Source: Promethearchaeum syntrophicum (lineage in GTDB: Archaea; Asgardarchaeota; Lokiarchaeia; Sigyniarchaeales; Promethearchaeaceae). Taken from it: a DNA stretch of 32,000 nt. Made by a program: the position numbers and the translations under genes. The notes beneath the pieces are model-generated. The model did not search any database. It worked only from the letters and a program-made list of their open reading frames with translations, and was not told the DNA's origin. The stretch lies in assembly GCF_008000775.2 (NCBI RefSeq), contig NZ_CP042905.2:3300001-3332000 (forward strand), given 5' to 3'. Shown here in pieces: positions 1 to 9,067 of this stretch; within the stretch, counting starts at the first letter, position 1, and each line of letters starts with the position of its first letter.

Positions 1-11
1 GAGAGAATTAA

Positions 12-1013
12 GTGATAACCGTGAAATCTACAATCAGCAGTCATTTTTTGGGCACAAAAGGATTAAGTGAAAAGGAAATTCGCAAGTATTATAAAAATCT
101 TAAAAGTTTGCGCCAAATAATTCACAGTAGTAGTTCCAACGATCGAATGTCTTCAGAATTTTTTTTTGAATTAAATGGTGGACTTAGATTTTTCTACCAA
201 GAGTGGCCTGCAATACTTAAAGGGACGGAAAAAACGCCAAAAGTTCTAATTTTCACATTTCACGATACATATAATTGTTCCGATACATTTTATCCGCTAG
301 CAGACGCATTAACACCACTTGGTGCAACGATCATAGGTTTAGATTATCGTGGTCATGGAAGAACAGGAGGATATGCGGGAGGAAATACGGGAGATCTACG
401 ATCGTTTCAAGATATTTATAATGATATCAAAAAATTAGTGATATTTTATAAACAGAAGTATCAAATACCAGTTTACTTCTTCGGATATGATATTGGGGCT
501 CTTATTGCCATGCAAGTGGCATTAAAAAATAAAGATTTGGAAATCAATGGAATAATTTTAGCATCTCCGATATGGCGGCTTAAAAGTTCCCTAAAACATG
601 TCTTTCTCTATCCTTTTATTACTATTGGGCAGATTTTCTCAAAGGGTAATCCTGTACATAGGGTTTTAGGAGAAAAATTGGAAGAAACATACTTTGAGGA
701 ATATAAAAACTACGCAAATAATAATCCTTTTCGATTAAAAGAAATGTCTTTTAGAATGTTTAGGAAAATCTTAGATCTTATTAATAATTCTCATTTATTG
801 GTGCCTCGAACAAAAATTCCATGTTTAATCTTACAAGGTACTTCAGATCCCATAGTAGACCATGTTGCAGTGCATAGATTGTATAAAAATTGGAGACATC
901 AAAATAAATTTATCCGGTTTTATGAGAATGCAGGTCATAATTTATTTGTTGATAAGTTTACTCAAGAAATTTATGACGAAATCGTACTTTTTATAAAAAA
1001 TCTAAGAGAATAG
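12..1013 (+). CDS. alpha/beta hydrolase (serine aminopeptidase S33 / monoacylglycerol lipase-like), nucleophile position is Asp
   Basis: GTG start directly after an in-frame TAA; oxyanion/HG motif 'DYRGHGRTGG', nucleophile elbow 'GYDIGA', acid 'GTSDPIVD', His 'AGHNLF'. Confidence 0.8.
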   Translation: MITVKSTISSHFLGTKGLSEKEIRKYYKNLKSLRQIIHSSSSNDRMSSEFFFELNGGLRFFYQEWPAILKGTEKTPKVLIFTFHDTYNCSDTFYPLADALTPLGATIIGLDYRGHGRTGGYAGGNTGDLRSFQDIYNDIKKLVIFYKQKYQIPVYFFGYDIGALIAMQVALKNKDLEINGIILASPIWRLKSSLKHVFLYPFITIGQIFSKGNPVHRVLGEKLEETYFEEYKNYANNNPFRLKEMSFRMFRKILDLINNSHLLVPRTKIPCLILQGTSDPIVDHVAVHRLYKNWRHQNKFIRFYENAGHNLFVDKFTQEIYDEIVLFIKNLRE

Positions 1014-1043
1014 TAAAAAAGCTAAAAAATCGAAGGTTAACGC

Positions 1044-2372
1044 ATGGATAAAAAAACGAAGGAAAAACTGCAAGATCCAAAAATTCAAAAGATAAATAGC
1101 TCAAAATTGATGTGGAAATTTAGATTTTATGGATTTTTCAAAAATCTACGCTTTTTTGAACCTTTCTTATTAATTATGTTATTGGATCCGAGCATAGGGC
1201 TAAGTTTATTTGAAATCGGACTATTAATATCGATTAGAGAAATTTTTACCTACACCTTTGAAATTCCTTCAGGGGTAATTGCAGATAAATTTGGAAAAAA
1301 GAGAGAACTATTAATATGTTTTGTATTTTACATCATTTCTTTTGTTTTTTATTTTTTTGGATTAGATCCAGATATTGCGGTTTCAAACCTTATATTTTTA
1401 GTTAGTGCCTCGATTTTCTTTGGTTTAGGTGAATCTTTTAGATCGGGAACTCATAAAGCGATGGAATTACTTTGGATGGAAAATGAAGATTTAATGGATT
1501 ATAAAACTCATGTATATGGAAGTACCCGGGCTTATTCTCTACTTGGTTCAGCCCTTTCAGCAATTCTTGCAGTTTTTCTAAAAATATTTATTCCTGCAAA
1601 TAAATGGATATTTTTAATAACAATTATCCCATATATATTGGATTTCATCCTTATTGCTTCTTATCCAAGTTATATGAACGATCATCAACCAATAACAGGG
1701 GGTTATTGGAATCAGTTAAAAATTGGTTTTAAAGGCGTAGGTCCAACACTAAAGTCGAAAAAAATCCGCAAAGCTATATTTTCTTCTGCAATTTATGATG
1801 CTATCTATAAAACTCTTAAGGATTATATTCAGCCGATCATGGTCATTTTTATTTCTATTTTCCTGATTCAAATAGGTAAAGATGAAACAGATACTGAAAC
1901 AGCAAATATCTATATCTCGATAATTCTTGGAGGCATATATTGTATTTTCTATCTTATTTCTTCATTATCATCCCAGAATGCATTTAAACTAAAAAAATTA
2001 TTTCACCATGCAAAAACATCAATGGATATTTTATTTGATCTTTTTGCACTTATATTATTATTAGAAGCGTTATTTATGTGGATTGAAATCCCGATGGTCA
2101 TAATTTTCTTATATTTATTGATATATGTGTTTGAGAATTTTAGAAGACCACTAGCTGTTGATTATATGGGAGAAGTAATCCCTAAAGAAGAGCGCGCAAC
2201 TATTCTCAGTATTGAATCACAAATAAAATCCATTTCAGTCTTAATTTTTGCCCCTCTTTTTGGTTTTATTGCTGATTTTTCAATACCATTGCTATTTTTA
2301 ATATTAGCGATTTGTATGGTAATAATAAATCATGTATTTCTTACTGGCCGTCCACGTTTGGAGGAAAAATAA
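1044..2372 (+). CDS. MFS family transporter
   Basis: 442 aa, about 12 hydrophobic segments, MFS-like 'GVIADKFGKKRELLI' loop motif after TM2. Confidence 0.8.
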   Translation: MDKKTKEKLQDPKIQKINSSKLMWKFRFYGFFKNLRFFEPFLLIMLLDPSIGLSLFEIGLLISIREIFTYTFEIPSGVIADKFGKKRELLICFVFYIISFVFYFFGLDPDIAVSNLIFLVSASIFFGLGESFRSGTHKAMELLWMENEDLMDYKTHVYGSTRAYSLLGSALSAILAVFLKIFIPANKWIFLITIIPYILDFILIASYPSYMNDHQPITGGYWNQLKIGFKGVGPTLKSKKIRKAIFSSAIYDAIYKTLKDYIQPIMVIFISIFLIQIGKDETDTETANIYISIILGGIYCIFYLISSLSSQNAFKLKKLFHHAKTSMDILFDLFALILLLEALFMWIEIPMVIIFLYLLIYVFENFRRPLAVDYMGEVIPKEERATILSIESQIKSISVLIFAPLFGFIADFSIPLLFLILAICMVIINHVFLTGRPRLEEK

Positions 2373-3135
2373 TTCGATCTCCATCATGAGCTACGAATAG
2401 ATTAGGAAAAATAGTTTTTGCCGTAGATACAAATCCTTTTTCTTCATTTTCATCAATATCGGGGACATGGTAAAGATACACTTGTTTAATCCCATTATCG
2501 TTTGCAATTTTTGCAACATCTGAAGGTGTGCTATGATTTAATTTATGAGCTAACTCAAAATCTTCATCGGAAAACGTGGCTTCGTGAACTAAAATTGGGA
2601 TATTTTTAATGAATTCATTAAAGTCCAAGAATGGAGCTGTGTCGCCTGAAATAATTACTTCATCATTGAAATTGAACGCATAGCAAATAGGAGAATGCAT
2701 TGTTTTCACCCATTTTATATGATATAATTTGTTATTAATCGTTATTTCAAGATAGTTATCTTGATTTAACTCTAATTCAATGATTTTAATTCTGAAATTT
2801 CTGTTTAAAAAATTCGAATATGTTGCTTCTATTATACGTTCCAAATGAATTTTCATCCCTTTGGGAACATATATAGGAGGATATTTTTTGATTGAAGAAT
2901 CTTTGTTATAATTTCCAATTTTAGATAGAAGTGTAATTAAACCCAAAATATGATCAGGGTGGACATGAGAGATAAAAATCGCTTTAAGTGCTTGTACCTC
3001 ACAATTATATTTGTATAAAGAATTTAAACAACCTTCTCCACAATCAACTAAAATGCATTTATCTATTAATATGGAAGGTAAATTTCTAGTAGCTGTAATC
3101 CCATAACCTGATGTCCCTAAAAAAATTATCTCCAT
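2341..3135 (-). CDS. metallo-beta-lactamase fold hydrolase, ribonuclease Z-like
   Basis: 'FLGTSGYGITATRN', 'LVDCGEGC', 'SHVHPDHILGL' (HxHxDH), 'HSPICYAF', 'SGDTAPF', 'HEATF', late His; resembles RNase Z/arylsulfatase-like MBL proteins. Confidence 0.75.
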   Translation of the reverse strand: MEIIFLGTSGYGITATRNLPSILIDKCILVDCGEGCLNSLYKYNCEVQALKAIFISHVHPDHILGLITLLSKIGNYNKDSSIKKYPPIYVPKGMKIHLERIIEATYSNFLNRNFRIKIIELELNQDNYLEITINNKLYHIKWVKTMHSPICYAFNFNDEVIISGDTAPFLDFNEFIKNIPILVHEATFSDEDFELAHKLNHSTPSDVAKIANDNGIKQVYLYHVPDIDENEEKGFVSTAKTIFPNLFVAHDGDRIIFPPNVDGQ

Positions 3136-3175
3136 TGTTAAAAATCATTAAAATTCGCAAAAAAAAGCTTCTAAT

Positions 3176-3382
3176 TTAGATAGATATTTTAGTTTCTTTA
3201 TTTTGGGCTATCGGTTTACTTGGCACTTTTTCAATAAATTGAGACTTACTTACTAATTTTTTAATTGAACCAAATATTGCAAAAACTAATAATGCTGGCC
3301 ATAAATACTGTATAAAGGATAACCCGATTATTGCTAGTAGCCATAATATTGACTTTTTATCTTTTTTATCTTGTTTTTCCAA
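3176..3382 (-). CDS. small hypothetical membrane protein
   Basis: 68 aa ORF with one or two hydrophobic segments and charged termini. Confidence 0.4.
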   Translation of the reverse strand: MEKQDKKDKKSILWLLAIIGLSFIQYLWPALLVFAIFGSIKKLVSKSQFIEKVPSKPIAQNKETKISI

Positions 3383-3574
3383 TATATTTGCACCTATATA
3401 ACAAAGTCATTTGTTTTATTTTAAGTAATATTTTTCAAAAAATTCCAAAAGAAAATTAAGATTTTTCTTAATCGACTAAAAATTTATTGAAAACTAATTT
3501 ATATAATGAAATCAATTACTTAAAATTATCCAGCTCTTTCAGAAGTGGAATGATAAGATCAAAAAAAATAAAAA

Positions 3575-4342
3575 TTAGATTTCTTCGGTTTTTTTAATAA
3601 TAGATTTTATTGTAGCGAGATGATGCCCCATATTCACTCTTTCTTGCTCGGGAAGGCAAATAGCTAAGATCCTCTTTGGATCATATTGAATAATAATTAC
3701 AAATGCTTCATCTCCTTCAATTATGCAATAATCCAAAGATGATTTCATCATAACTTGTGTTAAACTTGAAACAGATGAAACCATCGAGGAAACCATCGGT
3801 TCCGACATATTATTAAGTCCAATCGATTTGATTGGCATCCCCTCAATAGATGTCAAAATTATGGATAAAGCCGTCGGAAGGGCTTGAGAAATTTTAACGA
3901 ATGAATCTTCTTTAAAATCTGAGGTTTCAATATGGGATGCAATTTTCTGCATTAAAGTTTTAAACTCAGATTGAATATTATGGATTCCTTCGAGTTCGGC
4001 GAATTTTCGATCCAGAATCGCAGCGCCTGAAACATCTTTCACAATAATCATAATTATTATATAATTATCAACTGAAACAAAGCTAGAATTGATTTCACTT
4101 TTTGTTAATTGATGTAAAAGAGAATTCGCGATATTTTGAAAACTAGTTGCGCTCGCGATTAATTGACTACCAGAAAAATTTTCTAACTCTGGATCTAATT
4201 TACTATAAAGGTTCGTTCCCATATTTGTTCCTACACTGATACCTTTTATAATACTCTTTTCTTTTATTTTTTCATCAATTAAAATCGAAATTCTTTCAAT
4301 CAAATCTTTTTTAGAAGAACTCATTAATAGAATTAAACACAT
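3575..4342 (-). CDS. protein with two tandem roadblock/LC7-like domains
   Basis: Two similar modules by inspection: 'IIKGISVGTNMGTNLYSK...ASATSFQNIANSLLHQL...SFVSVDNYIIIMIIVKDVSGAAIL' and 'LTSIEGMPIKSIGLN...VSSVSSLTQVMMKSSLDYCIIEGDEAFVIIIQYDPKRILAICL'. Confidence 0.5.
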   Translation of the reverse strand: MCLILLMSSSKKDLIERISILIDEKIKEKSIIKGISVGTNMGTNLYSKLDPELENFSGSQLIASATSFQNIANSLLHQLTKSEINSSFVSVDNYIIIMIIVKDVSGAAILDRKFAELEGIHNIQSEFKTLMQKIASHIETSDFKEDSFVKISQALPTALSIILTSIEGMPIKSIGLNNMSEPMVSSMVSSVSSLTQVMMKSSLDYCIIEGDEAFVIIIQYDPKRILAICLPEQERVNMGHHLATIKSIIKKTEEI

Positions 4343-4516
4343 AAAAAACCTAAAATTCTTTCGATCCTTTCCGTAAAAATAAAAAGAAATTTTAGTCTTT
4401 GCGAGAAAATTTTATTAATATAATTAAAACTAATTCGCTTAAGGTGAAGTCTTATCGCTGAAAAACAGGTAGAAGATTTAAAAATAAAAAATAAAAGCTT
4501 AGAAGAAGAACTGGAA

Positions 4517-5017
4517 TTGTTAGCTCAAGATCTTGATGCTGCAGATGAAGAAGTGGAAACGCTAAATCAAAAATTAGAAAATTTCGAAAAAAGAGCAAAA
4601 GAAGGTTTTTATCTTTCAAAAGAATCTGTGTTAAATGAAATAAAATCAATATTAATGAAAGGTTTACATTCCGTAATTATAACAACACCTACAATTGAAA
4701 ATTTAAGAGATTTGGATCTATATGAAGTAAAACCATCAGTTAATATTAAGGTTGCAACATGGATTGACCCTTCAAATCCTGATCATCAAGAAATTTTAAG
4801 AGAATTAACCTTTGACAACATAATGATAAGAATTGATGATTTTAAAGATAGATATTGTATATTAAGTGATGGAGCAGAACTGTTTCTAGGTATTGAGGGA
4901 AAAAACGAGAATGAAATACTAACCTTGCGAACAAAAGATAGTAAGCATATCAAATTTCTCAGTTCATTAGTAATGGAAAGCTGGCTTCGAGCAAGAAAAC
5001 TACAAAATTTAGATTAA
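4517..5017 (+). CDS. coiled-coil protein with TrmB-like (phospholipase D-like) C-terminal domain
   Basis: N-terminal heptads; C-terminal 'HSVIITTPTIENLRDL...KVATWIDPSNPDHQEI...DRYCILSDGAELFLGI...LVMESWLRARKL' resembles TrmB sensor domain; TTG start given by track, reading frame is open upstream to 4448. Confidence 0.5.
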   Translation: MLAQDLDAADEEVETLNQKLENFEKRAKEGFYLSKESVLNEIKSILMKGLHSVIITTPTIENLRDLDLYEVKPSVNIKVATWIDPSNPDHQEILRELTFDNIMIRIDDFKDRYCILSDGAELFLGIEGKNENEILTLRTKDSKHIKFLSSLVMESWLRARKLQNLD

Positions 5018-5096
5018 AATTCAATTTTTTGAAGGTTTTCTTATTAAAAAGATTTTTCTACAGTCAGTTATTCTTAGAAAGGTGTATTAAAAAACT

Positions 5097-5654
5097 ATGA
5101 AATTACCAGCTATCACCACTAAACGATTAATCATTAGACCTCTCAAAGAATCTGATATAAAATTTTTTGAACGCCAGTATTCAAATCCTCTTGTTCAAAA
5201 GTACACATTACTTCATTTTCAGAATCAAGATGAAATTCGTGATTTCTATTTAAGAGGTTGTGATTTAACAACCCCTGACCAATTTCGCTTGATGTTGGTT
5301 TTTAAAGATACGCTCCAAGAGATAGGATCGATAGTTTTTGAACATTGGGATAGGCATCATCATTCAGTTGAAATAGGTTATGATTTATCTCCTGAATTTT
5401 GGGGAAAGGGACTGATGGCTGAAGCTCTAAATTCAATTTTAAATTTTGTTTTTTCACAAATGAAGGTAAATCGCTTAGAAGCAACATCAAATCCAACAAA
5501 CCATCGTTCAATCAACCTATTAAAAAAGATTGGATTCATTCAAGAAGGAATGCTTCGACAAATATACTATTTCAATAGTAAGTATTATGATGAATTGATC
5601 TTTAGCATGCTGAAAGAAGAATGGAACAAGAAGAAGAATGGTTATTTAAATTAA
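5097..5654 (+). CDS. GNAT family N-acetyltransferase (RimJ/RimL type)
   Basis: 'TKRLIIRPLKESDI', 'EIGYDLSPEFWGKGLMAEALNSILNFVFSQMKVNRLEATSNPTNHRSINLLKKIGFIQEG'. Confidence 0.92.
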   Translation: MKLPAITTKRLIIRPLKESDIKFFERQYSNPLVQKYTLLHFQNQDEIRDFYLRGCDLTTPDQFRLMLVFKDTLQEIGSIVFEHWDRHHHSVEIGYDLSPEFWGKGLMAEALNSILNFVFSQMKVNRLEATSNPTNHRSINLLKKIGFIQEGMLRQIYYFNSKYYDELIFSMLKEEWNKKKNGYLN

Positions 5655-5676
5655 ATTGTTAAAAAATGACGCTTTT

Positions 5677-6285
5677 TTAAGTTTTCTCAGCATTTTTTAT
5701 TTTTTTGGGAAAAAATCTCTTTATTAATTTAGCTACATGAGTATCTTCATCAAAATTTATTAGTTCTGCTCTATTTAATTCATGAATAGCTCTTAAAATC
5801 GCAACTCCGCCAATGCCACTCGCACCTTTCAATTGGTCGACTGTCATCTCATCTGTAGCACCATGAAGCAAAAAAAGCACTTTAAAATGAGGTTGACTGG
5901 AATAAATTTCTTCTAAAAGTACCCTGTAAATTGATAATGTTGCCCGCATATCTTCTATTCGAAATTCATCTTCGCCACTAGCCATACGCGTAATTTTTTC
6001 CAATTCTTCTTTTACACTTTCATATTCCTTTAAAAGTAGCATTTGATCATTAGTTAATCCAGATATTTCCTTCGCTTGTTTCTTAGCTTTTTGTTCAAGC
6101 TCAATTTTTTGATCCTCTAAAATTTTCTTTTGGTGTTCCAGCGAAATGAAATTGTTCTTGGTATTGTTGATAATATTTACTAAACCATCGAAGAGTCCTT
6201 TCATATTTGATTCAGCATTAAACACAAGATCTAGAGCAGCTTCTAATTTTCTTAAAATTTCCTCATCTGGATTATCGGTCTGCAT
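5677..6285 (-). CDS. coiled-coil protein with predicted C-terminal winged-helix-like domain
   Basis: Central heptad-rich segment; C-term 'MTVDQLKGASGIGGVAILRAIHELNRAELINFDEDTHVAKL' fits a winged-helix pattern. Confidence 0.4.
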   Translation of the reverse strand: MQTDNPDEEILRKLEAALDLVFNAESNMKGLFDGLVNIINNTKNNFISLEHQKKILEDQKIELEQKAKKQAKEISGLTNDQMLLLKEYESVKEELEKITRMASGEDEFRIEDMRATLSIYRVLLEEIYSSQPHFKVLFLLHGATDEMTVDQLKGASGIGGVAILRAIHELNRAELINFDEDTHVAKLIKRFFPKKIKNAEKT

Positions 6286-6554
6286 TTTATTTCTACATTT
6301 ATAAATTAGAACTTAGGTTTTTTAAATATGCCTCTTATCTGGGATTTTTATCACAGTAATGGATTATAAAATTTAAAATAACTTCTTTAAGATACCTCGA
6401 AATTTTTCACTTTCCAATTAAATAACCCATAGTGCATGAATAAGGGTGTAATGTCGGAATATTTGATTTTTGTATTTAAGATTTAACAAGTTATCAAATA
6501 ACTTTTTTATTCTAAAATTATTCTGATAAAATATAAATTTCACAGCTGAAAAAA

Positions 6555-7910
6555 ATGTCATTTAATCAAGATAAAAAAGAAAAAATTGAAGAAGTACTGA
6601 ATGAAATTAAAGAGAAGAATATTAAATTCTGCCTTTTGCAATTCTTAAGCATAGAAGGAACATTAAAATCTATCGGAATCAATTCAAATCGCATAGAAGA
6701 AGTATTATACTCGGGAGAGGGTTTTGATGGATCCAGTATTACTGGATATGGAAGATTAGAAGAATCTGACATGGTTGCAGTTCCTGATCCAAACACATTC
6801 GGCATTATACCTTGGACAAATGAAAAAGAAACCGATGGAAGATTTATTTGTGATATTTATAATCCGGACGGGACTAGGTTTGAAGGAGATCCCAGATATA
6901 TTCTCCAGAGAACATGCCTGAAAGCCAAAAAAATGGGATATATATTGAAGGTGGCTCCCGAACTTGAATTTTTCCTTTTAAAACAAAATGGAAACGATGT
7001 ACCCAAAGCAACTGATACGCGAGGATATTTTTCTGATGATGCAGCTAATCAAGATCATGCAATTAGGAAAGAAATTGCTCTTAATGCAGAAAAATTTCCT
7101 TTTCTAGAAGTAGAAACAGTTCATCATGAAGTTGCACGGTCTCAACATGAAATCGATATTAGGTATAATGAAGTTTTGCATATGGCTGATGCTTGTATGA
7201 CTATGAAAATGGTAATTAAAGCAACTGCAGCAAAACATGGCTATTTAGCAACATTTATGCCAAAACCTTGGGCAAATCACAATGGTTCCGGAATGCATGT
7301 ACATCAAAGTCTTTGGTCAATTGAAAAAGGAGAAAATGTTTTCTACGATCCTAATGATCCAAATAAAATCAGTGATATATTACGTTATTTCATAGGGGGA
7401 CAATTAAAACATGCGCATTCTATGACTGCAATTTTAAATTCATGGCCAAATAGTTATAAAAGACTAGTTCCAGGTTATGAAGCACCTACTCTCATAGCAT
7501 GGGGATTTAAAAACCGCTCTATGTTAATCCGTGTTCCAAATTTCTTTGAAAAAGCAAGCGCCGCACGAATGGAAATAAGGAGCCCAGATCCAGCTGGAAA
7601 TATCTATCTTCAATTCGCAGCTCTATTAAATGCAGGTTTAGATGGGATTGAAAACAAAATTATCCCACCAAAACCTGTTGAAGTCAATTTATTTAAAATT
7701 TCTAAAGATGAAAGGAAGAAAATGGGTGTTGAAGAATTACCAGAAAGTCTTGGTGAAGCTCTATCTCATATGCGGCATTCTACTTTTACACGGGATATGC
7801 TTGGAGAAGTTGCATATAAAGCATATTCAGATTCTAAAATGAAAGAAAATCAACTTTATAATACCCAAGTCAGTGAATGGGAGTTAAATCGTTATTCCAC
7901 TGTGCTTTAG
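6555..7910 (+). CDS. glnA: type I glutamine synthetase
   Basis: 'GEGFDGSSITGYGRLEESDMVAVPD', 'HHEVARSQHEIDIRY', 'FMPKPWANHNGSGMHVHQSL', 'NRSMLIRVP...RMEIRSPDPAGN'. Confidence 0.97.
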   Translation: MSFNQDKKEKIEEVLNEIKEKNIKFCLLQFLSIEGTLKSIGINSNRIEEVLYSGEGFDGSSITGYGRLEESDMVAVPDPNTFGIIPWTNEKETDGRFICDIYNPDGTRFEGDPRYILQRTCLKAKKMGYILKVAPELEFFLLKQNGNDVPKATDTRGYFSDDAANQDHAIRKEIALNAEKFPFLEVETVHHEVARSQHEIDIRYNEVLHMADACMTMKMVIKATAAKHGYLATFMPKPWANHNGSGMHVHQSLWSIEKGENVFYDPNDPNKISDILRYFIGGQLKHAHSMTAILNSWPNSYKRLVPGYEAPTLIAWGFKNRSMLIRVPNFFEKASAARMEIRSPDPAGNIYLQFAALLNAGLDGIENKIIPPKPVEVNLFKISKDERKKMGVEELPESLGEALSHMRHSTFTRDMLGEVAYKAYSDSKMKENQLYNTQVSEWELNRYSTVL

Positions 7911-8242
7911 AGAATTTTTCGTTTTGATTTTATTTTATTTTTTTTAATTTCTTTATCATCCTTCATTACAGACTGATATTTTTTTTTATCCGAAAATTTT
8001 TATCTATCTAGTGTCAATAAGGATATTAAAACATCCTAGTATTTTTCGATTTTTTAATTTGTATTTAGTGCTTTGTTAAATAGAGAATGGTTGTTTAATT
8101 CTACATTATTTCGAATAGAATGTTAAAATTTTAACAAATTTCATAAAAAAGTAATAGAAAAGTTGATTATAAGAACATTTGGGTCATTTGGATTTTGTTA
8201 GAAATTACTAATAAAAAAAAAAAATAAGAGATTGTAAATCAT

Positions 8243-8764
8243 TTATGAATATGTATAAACAAAAAGATTCATATCACGAATAACTGCATTAGTACCCAAA
8301 CCTATAGCTTCAATACTAATAATATGTGGTCCAGCACTTAATCCTGTAGCTACATGCTGTGTTGATAGTTCGATTACGTGAGTAAAAATTGAAGTTACAA
8401 TACCATCTTCCTGTCTTCGTGAAGAATCTATAGCTGTATTATCTATAGCAATTTGTGCACCTGCCAAACCAAATCCATCGGCTGTCATTGCCCACTGGCC
8501 ACTAAATGAAATGTAGACTGATTCACCTTCTTCTACAATGATATTTATTTCACAATCTGGGACTTTCTCATAATCTAAAGCAGGAGTATAGTCCGTATCT
8601 CTACTAGCATACATTATTCTATTTATTGAATTTTCACCAACTTCATTTGAGCTACTACCTTGTATTGGGAGAATTCCAAAATACATAGTTAAACTCAAAC
8701 CTAGACTGATAATTGCAATCAGGACAGCAATTAACACTAAACCTTGATTATTATTTTTTCCCAT
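8243..8764 (-). CDS. secreted or membrane-anchored beta-rich hypothetical protein
   Basis: N-terminal TM/signal segment 'GLVLIAVLIAIISLGLSLTMYFGIL' followed by beta-rich region with 'LSAGPHIISIEAI'. Confidence 0.5.
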   Translation of the reverse strand: MGKNNNQGLVLIAVLIAIISLGLSLTMYFGILPIQGSSSNEVGENSINRIMYASRDTDYTPALDYEKVPDCEINIIVEEGESVYISFSGQWAMTADGFGLAGAQIAIDNTAIDSSRRQEDGIVTSIFTHVIELSTQHVATGLSAGPHIISIEAIGLGTNAVIRDMNLFVYTYS

Positions 8765-9067
8765 AATTTTTCACATCCAAAATTTTTAATTAGAAATTAT
8801 ATGGGAGAAGAGCTTTAAAATTCTTTTTCTAAACAATTTTAGTGAGTTGATTTCATTGGTGGAGACTCTAAAAAAAAAATCTAATTGTGAAATAAAAAAC
8901 TATTATGTTCATCTCTCTTTCATAGCGAATTATTAAAGAATACTTAGAATAATATCTTTTTTTCGAATTGGTTATATATTTTCTTAAACATCATTTTTAA
9001 AAATTAAGAATTATTATCATATATTTTAATATATAAGAGTTTAACAAGAATTCAATGATGAAAATCT

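Noticed and set aside
4452-4649. 65 aa minus-strand ORF
   Set aside because: Antisense shadow of the coiled-coil ORF, Leu/Phe-rich low-complexity product
5302-5511. 69 aa minus-strand ORF
   Set aside because: Fully antisense to the GNAT gene
6566-6805. 79 aa minus-strand ORF
   Set aside because: Antisense to glnA
7642-7842. 66 aa plus-strand ORF
   Set aside because: Alternate frame inside glnA
7911-8242. Possible non-coding RNA or tRNA in the AT-rich gap after glnA
   Set aside because: No cloverleaf, T-loop motif or GC-rich structured segment seen, only homopolymer-rich spacer
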